A stretch of DNA of 63,994 bases, filler included, from Atractiella rhizophila (lineage: Eukaryota): the NCBI GenBank assembly GCA_021432655.1. It is 3 parts of 3 records of this genome, joined end to end, with 100 filler letters (N's around TTAATTAATTAA, not from the genome) between each part and the next. Parts side by side here need not be neighbours in the genome. Positions count along the whole stretch, not along the records: positions 31,112 to 62,114 come from MU271705.1; 2 more parts are not named here. The stretch is one strand, 5' to 3'. The position numbers were made by a program, and so were the translations under genes. Below the pieces are notes generated by a model. The model saw nothing but the letters and a program-made list of their open reading frames with translations, searched no databases and was not told where the DNA came from. Of the stretch, positions 39,032 through 50,291 are shown piece after piece. How positions within the stretch are numbered: the stretch's first letter is position 1; each line of letters opens with the position of its first letter.

Positions 39032-40479
39032 ATTGCGCTGAAGAATTGATTCAGAATCAGTTGATTAGAGATCGAAGTGTTTATGAGGCTCCAGAAGAAG
39101 TCCAGTGGCAACGATAGAACTTTTCTTGAGCTCAGTCGTGGTTGAAGAGAAAGAGAAAGGATAACTTTGCATGTGCGCGCGAGGGCGCGGGAGAGCGCTT
39201 TCAATGAAAAATGGACTTGATCCCTTTGCCTTTGTGTTGTTGGGTTGAATCCCCTTATCTGTTTCATGTTGTTACTTCTTAGAGTTATTCAGCTGCTTTA
39301 ATGTAGTACTAACGTTACAAGGGAGACATGTTGAGGATTGGGAGAGACTCAGTTCTTGGGGATTAAAGCTTGAGAGAATGTCATGCATTGCACTTCTCCA
39401 CTTCCCAACTTTTCAAACAGACACAAAGGACGCACCATCATCCAATCCCATCCCACCTTTCCCTCATCTCCTTGCATACGGCTTATTGGCGTTGACATTG
39501 ACATTGAACCTGCTGGTCTTCTTCGGTCCGCTCGTAGGCTGCTTCTTCTTGCTATCCAGATCCCGTGCCTTTTTCGCACCAATATTCACAGCTCCGACTT
39601 GTGTGGTGGCCTTCTTGATCTTGACAGGGCGGGAACCAACGTATTTACCTACGCGCCGATATCACTTGTGAATAGACTGATTGATGGGGAAAGCGAGAAA
39701 CTAACCATCCATCTCCTTCCACGCTTTCATAAAGTCCTCCGGGTCAGTATAGCTCACAAAACCGAAGCCCCTGCTCTTATTCGTGCTCTTATCCCTCACC
39801 ACCTTTGCTTTCACAAAAGAGGGGTATCGTTGAGCTCCAAACGCATTCCGCAACAAATCATCCGATACATCGTTCGCGAGGTCTCCCACAAACAATCTGA
39901 AATGGCTCGGATCCCACTCAAGCAGCGTAGGGTCCTCCCAAGTCTCTCCACCGCCTTTCCGAATGACGGTCTTCCGCGCGAGGGAAGGACCACGGCCTTG
40001 GCGGAACGAATGGGCGTACGATTCAGGCGTGTAGATGGATTGTTGGGTGAGGTATCCGGAGTCGTAAGAGGATCCGACGGCGTAGTTGTTTAGCAGTGCT
40101 TCCGCTTGCGAGGAAAGAACGGCTGGAGCGTTTGAGGAGGAGCCAGCACCTGAGGATGTGTCGTAGTATGATGACGAGGAGGCTGAGGGATAGGAACTGT
40201 AGGGATTACTGCTGTTTTGGTTTACAGAACGTTATCAGTGAGATTTGACACAAAGACAAGGGAGCAAAGAGACGGACCTGTATGGATTAGACATTCTAAA
40301 TGACCTCTCAATCACAGTCTATGACCTCTGGGCAGGAACCTTGGAATTATTGATTACGTCGCTTTGGTCGTTGAAACTGGGTGGCAAATTGGGAAGGGGT
40401 TGAAGAGGGAAGATGCGGGCTTCACGTGCATCCGAAACGCGTCCTTGCGCAGCATCAAAACAACGAGACGCCCAACCGT
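38653..40479 (+). repeat. ~1.8 kb direct duplicate of 40508-42310, separated by a 28-A run
   Basis: Both copies carry the tubulin 5' end, an RBM42-like gene and the shared promoter, with SNPs and indels. Confidence 0.95.
39464..40294 (-). CDS. RBM42: RRM protein, RBM42-like (copy 1)
   Basis: RKTVIRKGGGETWEDPTLLEWDPSHFRLFVGDLANDVSDD...YPSFVKAKVVRDK...GFGFVSY...AWKEMDG|KYVGSRPVKI. Confidence 0.9.
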
Positions 40480-40507
40480 AAAAAAAAAAAAAAAAAAAAA
40501 AAAAAAA

Positions 40508-40884
40508 CGTGGAGGCAGACGCGTCCTTCAGCCTTCCGTCAGGGGAGAGACCGTGCTCGAGGGTGTAGAGTTCCCAGCCTGAAGACGACGAGGATGTTCA
40601 GAAATCGTGTCTAAATTTAAGAAGAGAAAACACTTACAGGCATTACCAAGCTGGCAACCGGCTTGCCCAACGTCTAAAAGCTTGATGAGTACTTATCGGT
40701 CATCGTGGCATCGCAACCACTTACGGACACTGCATCCCATTTCAGGTTCGTCAGTTTGTCATACCAGTAAAACATTGAAACCATAGGATTCAGCAAGATC
40801 CTGGCCTTTTATGGCCAATGAACATGTCTCGCTTCGGTGAAGGTTTTTGAAAATTGTGGGAACTCACGAAATAACTTCTCTCAT
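40508..40884 (-). CDS. TUB1: Alpha-tubulin 5' fragment with intact exons 1-3 and the start of exon 4
   Basis: ATGAGAGAAGTTATTTC|TGTCC|ACGTTGGGCAAGCCGGTTGCCAGCTTGGTAATGCCT|GCTGGGAACTC = [23 protein letters not shown]. Confidence 0.9.
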
Positions 40885-41292
40885 ATTGCGCTGAAGAATT
40901 GATTCAGAATCAGTTGATTAGAGATCGAAGTGTTTATGAGGCTCCAGAAGAAGTCCAGTGGCAACGATAGAACTTTTCTTGAGCTCAGTCGTGGTTGAAG
41001 AGAAAGGAAAGAGAGAATTTCCTTCAGCGCGGGAGGGCGCGCGAGAGCGCTGTCAATGGAAATACACTTGTTGTTGTTGGGTTAACTTCCGTGATGTTGT
41101 TACTCCTTAAGGAGGTTCGGCTGCTTTGATGTAGTACTAACGTTACAAGGAGACATGTTGAGGTTGAGAGAGACTCAGTTCTTGGGGATTACAGCTTGAG
41201 AGAATGTGATGCATTGCACTTCTTCTCCACTTCCCAACTTTTCAAACAGACACAAAGGACGCACCATCATCCAATCCCATCCCACCTCTCCC

Positions 41293-42122
41293 TCATCTCC
41301 TTGCATATGGCTTATTGGCGTTGACATTGACATTGAACCTGCTGGTCTTCTTCGGTCCGCTCGTAGGCTGCTTCTTCTTGCTATCCAGATCCCGTGCCTT
41401 TTTCGCACCGATATTCACAGCTCCGACTTGTGTGGTGGCCTTCTTGATCTTGACAGGACGGGAACCGACGTATTTACCTGCACGCCGATATCACTTGTGA
41501 ATAGACTGCTTGATGGGGGAAGAGCGAGAAACTGACCATCCATCTCCTTCCACGCTTTCATAAAGTCCTCCGGGTCAGTATAGCTCACAAACCCAAAGCC
41601 CCTGCTCTTATTCGTGCTCTTATCCCTCACCACCTTTGCTTTCACAAAAGAGGGATATCGTTGAGCGCCAAACGCATTCCGCAACAAATCATCCGATACA
41701 TCGTTCGCGAGGTCTCCCACAAACAATCTGAAATGGCTCGGATCCCACTCGAGCAGCGTAGGGTCCTCCCACGTCTCTCCACCGCCTTTCCGGATGACGG
41801 TCTTCCGCGCGAGGGAAGGGCCACGGCCTTGGCGGAACGAATGGGCGTAGGATTCAGGCGTGTAGATGGATTGTTGGGTGAGGTATCCGGAGTCGTAAGA
41901 GGATCCGACGGCGTAGTTGTTCAGCAGTGCTTCCGCTTGCGAGGAAAGGACGGCTGGTGCGTTTGAGGAGGAGCCAGGACCTGAGGATGTGTCATAGTAT
42001 GATGATGAAGAGGCTGAGGGGTAGGAACTGTAGGGATTACTGCAGTTTTGGTTTACAGAACGTTATCAGTGAGATTTGACACAAAGAGGGAGCGAGGAGA
42101 CGGACCTGTATGGGTTAGACAT
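41293..42122 (-). CDS. RBM42: RRM protein, RBM42-like (copy 2)
   Basis: Same model as copy 1, with mostly synonymous differences. Confidence 0.9.
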
Positions 42123-42253
42123 TCTAGTCAATGGCCACTCAATCACGGTCTATGACCTCTGGGCAGGAACCTTGGAATTATTGATTACGTCGCTTTGGTC
42201 GTTGAAATTGGGTGGCAAATTGGGCAGAGGTTGAAGAGGGAAGATGCGGGCTT

Positions 42254-42273
42254 CACGTGCATCCGAAACGCGT
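42254..42273. promoter_or_regulatory. E-box (CACGTG) and MCB-like (ACGCGT) sites in the short divergent RBM42/MPS1 promoter
   Basis: CACGTG at 42254-42259 and ACGCGT at 42268-42273; both are retained in the duplicate at ~40424-40443. Function is inferred. Confidence 0.4.
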
Positions 42274-42365
42274 CCTTGCGCAGCATCAAAACAACGAGAC
42301 GCCCAACCGTCACACCTCCCATCACAATTCACGAGCCCTCAAAATCCCCTAACAAAAGGTAAGAA

Positions 42366-45300
42366 ATGGCGCCCTCGTTGCGCTCCTCCCCCTCGCTCTC
42401 ATCTCTCGCGTCGTCCTTCTCCTTCTCGTCCAAAGACTCGCACGGATCTAATTCCGTCAAGAAAACGCCAACTTCCCGTCTTTCCAAGTTGCTCTCCCGC
42501 TTCAAGTCTACTTCCCCCCAGATCTACTCTTCCACCACCCCTTCTGCTTCTCAAAATTCACTTGCGCCGTCGGAGAACGATTTCGACCCTCCACCTTCCG
42601 CGACCGGCAACCGATTCCACGGCGGTGATGTGATGCAAACTCCGGTACAAGCTAGAGAGAATGGGAGGAAGAATATGCGGGAAGAATTGGAGAGGAATCT
42701 TTTGGAAGCATTCAAAATTCAGAGCCCACCAAAAATGCCAGAGTTCGAACTGGATTGGGAGGAGAAGGAGGAGGTAGTAGACGGTGAGGCTTCTTCGTCA
42801 TCCGGAAGTGGGAAGGAGAAAGAGGATCGGAAGCGTGGCTCCGTTTATTCCTCCATGACGACAGGGTCGAATGCTAGTTCTCTTCTAAGAACAACCCATC
42901 AGAGAATGGAGGACGATGAAACGGTCCTGACCCTTCCGCCTACCACGTCAACAGCCTCAAATCGGCTCTCCGCCGTCAGTTTAGGGAAGCGAAAGGATTC
43001 AAAAGGGGACGAAAACGCGTCTTCTGACGTGCCCAAACGCGTGCGTTTACTTTTCAGTTGCATGAGAAAAGCGATGTGATGAGAATATATTAGGCGCTTT
43101 CACCTCCACCTACCTCATCTCGTCAACCGTTGACGGCCCTCCGTTCCCTTCCTAACGTCCTCTCCGCTTCCTCGAGCTCTACAACGTCCGCATCCTCCAC
43201 CTCGCTCACACTCTCCAGCTCCACTTCAACCTCGGCTTCGTCCACCATCACGTCCTCTGTCCCACCGCTGAAGAGGCCTATGTTTCTACAACCCAAGCGT
43301 CCCACGCCGTCCGACATCGCCTTCCACTCTCGAACAGGAGATTCTTCATCTCCCGAAGTGCAGAACTCTTCTCTCTCCTCCGTAGAAAAGGAGCGACACA
43401 CGGAAGAAGAGACTCCATCCGCCGAACGCGAGATACGCCGTATCAAACGCGGACCACGACGAGCGGTGCGGCCCATCGAGCCTGAACCGGAACCTGAACG
43501 CGAGCGTGATTCGGTGGCGGAGGAGGAGGTGGAGGAAGGGAGGAGGAGCAGTCGGGAGCTTAGAGAGCTGTTTCATCGTGGGAGCGGGAGTATGAAGAAG
43601 ACACCCGAACCATCTCCTTCGCCGTTGGAGGAAAGGGACGCGTCCACTGTACGGCCGGCGCGAAGGAGCAACTCCCCTGTACAACACCCAACGGGCACTA
43701 CTGCGAGGCCGAGATATTCCAACGATCGCTCGCCGCTCCAGACCAGCACCTCATCTGTTCCCTCTGTGGAACATGAAAGAGAACGCGGATCGCATGAACG
43801 CAAGTCCCTCTATGAACGTCCCTTGTCCAGACTGGAAGGCTCTTTGTCTCGTAGGGAGGCGTATGAGACCGGAGGTGGCAGTAATGAGCGCCCGATGCGG
43901 ATGGAGAGAACGGCCTCACGAGAGGCTGCTGGATCGAACGAACGCGAAAGACCTTTGTCGAGGTTGGACTCCGTCGATAGACCCAGGTCAAGGTTGGAAT
44001 CCGTCGATCGTCCTAGTTCTCGGATGGAGCGGATGACAAGCGTCGACCGTGAACGGCCCCTCTCGAGACACGAGCGCATGGAATCTGTGGACCGTCCTCT
44101 TTCCAGATTTGAACGCATGGACAGAGAGAGGGAAAGCATGGATCGCCCTATGTCTAGGTTGGAAAGGAGAAGTCCGGAGTTTGAAATGAGGGCGAAGAAG
44201 AGTTCACCCACGGATACAGGAACTGAGAAGAATTCTCTTACTCTTAGGGGAGGAGACGACAGACCGGAGAAAAGCGCGTTGAGGCATTTTAATGCTGATC
44301 GTGAGAGAGAGAGAGAAAGGGAAGAGCGTGAATTCCAATCCCGACGAGAAATGCCTCCTCCGCCGATCTCTCTGGAACGACAAAATTCATACGGGTATGC
44401 ACCATCTGCCCAGGAGGAGTACTATGAATCCTATATGCGTTCGGCATCGAGACCGACAGATTATGCACCTCAGCCTCCACCTTCGATGACACGCTCAAAC
44501 GAATATCCAGCAAGGCACGGTGATTATCCTACTCCCCTTGCACACTCGAATTACCCATCTGCGGCTCCTCCAAGCCGGAATCACGTCAATGGACCTCCTT
44601 CTGCTCAACCACAACATCACTATCACCACCACGACCCTTATGCACGCAGTGGTGGACCATATCTCCCGCCACAACAACAGCAGTATGCCGCTCAACCGCC
44701 TCAGCCCCAACCTGTTCCCCAATCGCATTCTCAAGTCTCCATGGGTGGGAAACGCCTCAGTCCGAGCGTGATCAACGGCAAACAATATTGGCGCATCGGC
44801 CTCATTGGAAAGGGAGGTACGAGCAGAGTTTTCAGGGTGTTGGATAATCTTGGAGGAACCAATGCTGCCATGTATGCTATGAAGAGGGTGGAGCTTCACA
44901 GGAGCGATACAGAGAGCTACGAAAGCTTCTTGAACGAGATCAAGCTCTTGGAAAGGCTGAAAGGAAATGCGAGAGTTATCAAGCTGGTGGATTCGCAGAT
45001 CGACCACAACAAGAATCAGTTGTTCTTGGTAAGCTGCGTTGAGCTCTTTCCCTAGAATGTACTCATTTAACACACAGTTGATGGAACTTGGCGAGACGGA
45101 TCTGAATGGTTTGTTAATTGAGCAAATGGGGAAGCCCATTAGTCTGAACTTTATCCGTTACATCTGGGAGCAGGTTTGTCTTTGCTCCTCCTGCCTCACC
45201 GATTGCTAACGAGGGCGAAAAGATGCTGCAATGCGTTTCGGTCGTACACGAAGCCAACATTGTCCACAGCGACCTCAAGCCTGCCAATTTCGTGCTCGTT

Positions 45301-46059
45301 AAAGGCAACCTCAAGCTAATCGATTTTGGAATCTCCAAAGCCATCCCCAACGATACCACGAATATCGGTCGAGAGCAACAGATCGGAACTGCGAATTATA
45401 TGTCTCCCGAGGCTCTTTACGACTCCGGCAAAGGCTCTGACGGAAAGAGGCTCATGAAGCTTGGACGACCGAGCGACGTTTGGTCCCTTGGTTGCATACT
45501 CTATCAGATGGTCTACGGAAGAACTCCGTTCAGCCATATCAAGAACGTTTCCCAGAAAATCGTCGCAATCCAGAACGAGAAACACGTGATCGATTTCCCG
45601 AGAGAATCTGTGCCGCTCAACGAAAAGGGAGAGCCCAACTTGGCCCTGAAGGTCGTGCTGGAACCAGAACTCATCGATACCCTCAGGAGTTGCTTCGAGT
45701 TCTTGCCAAAGCAGAGAGCGACGATACCTGAACTCCTTCAAGCTCCATTCTTGCGAGGCACCCCAGCTGATAGCGCAGGGTCACCCTCACCTTCGAAAGC
45801 TGGTATGTTTATCCATTTTTTCCGGTTGCGACACGGTGCTAAGTGAAGGATTAGATGACAAAGATGTGCCCAGAATCACACCGGATTTGGTATCTAACAT
45901 CGTCTCGAGAGTAGTCAGATGGACTGCCCAGAAACCAGCGCCAACAGCCATGGAGCAAGATCGTTGGGTTGAAGTAAGTTGACCTTTTCCTTGAAAGGCA
46001 TTCATTGACCCTGAGTGTAACAGCGTCTACTTCGCGATCTGGCAGCCAAACAGTCGTAA
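42366..46059 (+). CDS. MPS1: Mps1/TTK spindle-checkpoint kinase
   Basis: IGKGGTSRVFRV, NEIKLLERLKGNARVIKL, IVHSDLKPANFVLVKGNLKLIDFGISKAIPNDTTNIGREQQIGTANYMSPEAL, SDVWSLGCILYQMVYG; long disordered N-terminus. Confidence 0.95.
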
Positions 46060-46623
46060 CGCTTTCTCCACATGCACGGACAACAGCATCCAATTTCTCA
46101 TACAATCAACTCATACCAACAATCCCGTTTCGTTTTCCCTCTCTGCAAAATAGCTTGCTCAGACCATCGGTTCTTTAGCTCATGCCCTCAGTGCCTCTTT
46201 TTCGCTTCAATAAAAAAGATGACTTGATGCGACCTTTACTGACTTACAGTACTTGTCTTATTGTATTCATTTTATATCTTGTCATTTCTATCCTTCGAAT
46301 TTCGGTTTGAAGATAAGTTAGTCGTCGGTGTCCTCCGCATCAGTTTACTCCATTCAGGATTCTGTAACAATACCTACAGTAAGCGACATGCTCTCAGTGG
46401 AAATGGATCAATGCCTTCAATCAATAGCTTCAAGTTCCCAAATATCCCAGTCACGATGAAGTATCATGCACATTTGTAGGTTGTTATTATGCACCACAGA
46501 ACAAATATGTATGTTCCGACAAAGCGTCATACCAAGGAGGACTGAGGGAGGAAACTCAGAAGGGACTATGCAAACTTTTGGGTGAAAGGGGTATGATGAA
46601 CTCGGAACCATCAAGACCTGGGA

Positions 46624-49600
46624 TCAGAACGCGTCCTGGAGCGTCTGCAATCCAACATCAGTCAGCATGTGAATGAGGACTTTCTGAGGGCTGACGCACC
46701 TTGAACGCCTCCCTGTATACGTCCAGCAGGCTCTTTAGCCTTGCCCGCTCAGCGGTTAGAGCCTCATCCTCGTGTAGAAGGTCGTCGAAGAGCTGCTCCT
46801 TATACATCGTCGCCACCAATCGGTTCTGCACTGTCTCTCGACTGAAGTTAACCTATCCAGCGGACTTCAACCTCAAGCATGGCAGAATTGATGCAGACGA
46901 CGTACCAGAAGGTGCATAACTGCTTTCGGGACAAGGTCTTGAATAGTTTGTCGGACGATATTAAAATATGTGAGGATGAGAGATCTAATAAGCTGGATCT
47001 CCATTTCCTCCCTCTGAGTCAGCTCAGAAACACCCGCCATTCCCTCTCCAGTTCCAACGCCTCCCAGTGACGCAGGTTCTATGTGTTTCTCCAAGCTCTT
47101 CATATCCCAAGCCGCCTCCGCCCCTTGTTGTCCTTTCCTTCCATTCAGGAAGCTGTCCTCTCTGCTCGTCAAGCCAGACGAAATTGGATTTATCGGCGCG
47201 CGTCCTCCAACTTGTGGCGCGCCGCCAAAGAAGTAATTCAGAAACGAATCCTTTGCCTGATTAGCACCGACCGGCCCAGACGCTCCCGCTCCCAAGTGTT
47301 TAGGAGGTGCGGAAGAGGGACGTTCAATGCCTAATGACGTGGATGGTCGATGAGTCCCTCTCGATGGGAGACCATTGACGATGTGAGAGGCAGAAGTCGG
47401 TGACGGTTCCTCTTCATCCTCTGCTCCGCTCCCAGGGTCTGGAGAGGAACCTTCGGAAAAGGATCGCTCCTTTTCTCCATTGCGGATGGCTAGGGCTTGA
47501 CGTGTCGAGACGGCATTAGTTGGAGGTTGCGTCTGTTGTCGGAGACCGTGTAGAGAGCCGTGGACGAAGGAGGGATGATTAGTGTTTATGTACGCGGTCT
47601 GGATGGCTATTAGGCTCTGAACATAATCGGAAGTCGGACCCAATCGTTCACGTAGGAGTTCGGAGACGCATTCGATGAGCTGGGCATGTAGTCGTGGATA
47701 TCGTTCAAGCTCCTGTTCAATTGCCTTCCAATCAAAACTTGCGGTTACAATGAAGAGGAGGTAGAACGAACGGAAGAAGTGCAATTGTGACAGATCTTCA
47801 TCAACTCCTCATAAACGAGCTCCACGCATCTCAAGCTGGGCGGTTCCAACAGCTTAATCTGAGGCTTGACGAGCAAATCGAAAGCGACCTCTGGAACGAA
47901 CAGGCTGCCTCTTGGCCCAGTCGAATTCCTGATCGCAGTCCTCACATCCTGCTCTCCCAAGTTCTTGACAGGGTCAATAGTCTCCAGAGCGTTGCCAAAC
48001 ACCTCATTGAAGATGTAATAGATCCTTGCTCCGCCGCAGAGTTCTTTCGTCGAAATCTCGATGGATGTTCCATCGATGGATGACACGAAGTCGCGTGCAA
48101 ACTGTGTCATCAACTTCAGGATGAGGGCGCCGCGGGTAGGAGAGGTCGAGGATTCGATGGGTCCGAAAGAGGCTAGCTCCTGTTGAGTCTGGCCCATGAG
48201 AGTGTTCAATCGCGCTTTCATGTCTGGCAACTTGTCGCGGATGTGGTTCATGAGCACCTGATGAGAAAGGATCTCGTCAGCACCCTTCTCTCTAGTCTTC
48301 TACCGCTTGTGGCTAAAGGAATGGAAAGAGAGGAACTAACCGTATTGAGAGTCTTTGCCAAAAACGGTGTCCCACACCTATGCGCAATATTCCGATAAGC
48401 GACATGAGTCTTAAAAAACTCCTCCTCCCTCCCCCTACTAATCTTCATATCCAAATTCTCATTAATATCCTGTTGACTCCTATTCACCACCCCGATGAAG
48501 CCAAGTTTGAGCGGGTATACCCTTCCGGTCAAGATGTCGAGGGCATTCGTCCCGCTATCCATCAGGTCCAATTTCGTCAGCACACCGATTGTACGTCGTC
48601 CTTGGGGGTCGACTGATCGCGCAAGCTTGAGTGAGTCCGAGTTGGCGAGGTCCACATTCGCGGGCGAGACGGCGAGGATGACGCTGCATCACAGGCGAGG
48701 TCAGTTCAATCAACCGTCTCCTAAGTTCAATTTGACGAAAGGGTGACAAACCAGTTGGGCTTGGAGATGTAATCGAGGACGAGGGAGCGGATTTGACGCT
48801 CAATGTCCGTCGGTTGGTCTCCCACTGGAATCTGCGTAGGCACACAGGATACATGTTAGAGAGGAAGAACAGTGAGGTGTGGAGATGGAGGAGTGACCTT
48901 GGTGAGTCCGGGAAGGTCGACGAGGGTTAGGTTGAGGACATGAGGGCTGAAAATTTTGAGGTGTATCGGGAGCTTGGAGATGCCTTTATTCTGTCCGGCC
49001 ACTTTACATCCCAACCACAACCGCAATGTCAGGTTTCCATCTTGATAACTGGACGTTATTCAAAAGAAAGCTGCCACCTTTGTCACTGAGAAAAGGGCAG
49101 ACTTTTCTTTTGACGAGCGAAGGCCGTTTACTAATGAAAGGAAGGAAACATATATTGGGGAGCGGGAGGCAGAGATGAGTTCTCATTTCGAAGAAGAGCT
49201 GCTATCATTCACGACGCCACCTCTTGTGGAAATAACGTTATGAATTTTGAAATCAGGCCATTAAGGGACCATGATAGTGAAAACAGACCAGGGAAAGAGC
49301 CCATTGCTGATGAGGAGGGAAAGAACGACGCACCGCGTAAAGTCTCGCTCTCAATCTCCTTTCTGATGTCGTCAAAGCTCTCAAACCTCTTATCTACATG
49401 CAAGAACTCTCCATGCTCTCCTTTTGGGGGTTCTACGTGAATGAGTTGAAGGACGAGCGGACGACGAGTGACTATTCCGGCGCCTCTCGGGAGGAAGTCG
49501 CGTCCTACGACCTGTTCCACCCACAGTCAAGCTCAGCTCCGAAGAAAAGCAACCAATCGAAATTGGTTGGAAGGAGGAAGGAGTACGGTTTCGAGGACGG

Positions 49601-49880
49601 AGGATTTGCCGCTTGACTGGGAGCCGACGACAACGATTTGGGGAAGGTCGACGGTCTCTCCTCCTGAGCACCAGTGGTCACGTCAAACCCGGTGTTTTAA
49701 CTTGACGCATAAAGAGCGAGGAGCATACCGATGGTCGAGAATGCTATAGCGACACACACCACCCAACAGCACAGTCAACGTCCATCCACAAGAGTGTGAC
49801 ACTGTGATACTGATAAACAGCTGTGAAACTGACGTACTCTCTTGCAAGCGGTTGACTATCTGAATCAGGTCCCCGTCCAT
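46624..49880 (-). CDS. DNM1: Dynamin-related mitochondrial fission GTPase
   Basis: [65 protein letters not shown] in insert [16 protein letters not shown]. Confidence 0.93.
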
Positions 49881-50291
49881 CGTTTTGCGGCTTTTGGTTT
49901 GCCACTCGGTCTCTCTTGTTTCACGCTTTCACGTTTTGAAGAAGGTCGCTGTGGCCAGCGGCGGAGGAGAAAAGTCGAGTGGTGTGGTGGTGTGAATTCG
50001 CGTGCGTAGTGAGGGACGCGCGGGCGTACGTACGGCAACAGTTGACTCCGCCGAACGATAAACTTGGATTTTCGACCGACTGGAACAGAGTGGCTCAAGG
50101 TTGGCGAATAAGGAAGAAGAAGGATACGAAGGATACGAAGCAGTTCATAAGAAGCATCATTAATAGAGGCAGTGTTTCAAGACTGCACGAAGGGATGGCT
50201 GGTGAGCACGCCGATATTAAACGCGCGACGAGCTAAGGCTATTCTAGAAGACTAGCATTGCATTTCCATTCGCTCTTATAAAGCCTATAAA

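Noticed and set aside
40480..40507. Poly(A) as a retroelement or processed-gene tail
   Set aside because: It sits exactly at the junction of two intron-containing duplicates, with no target-site duplication; more likely a flattened gap.
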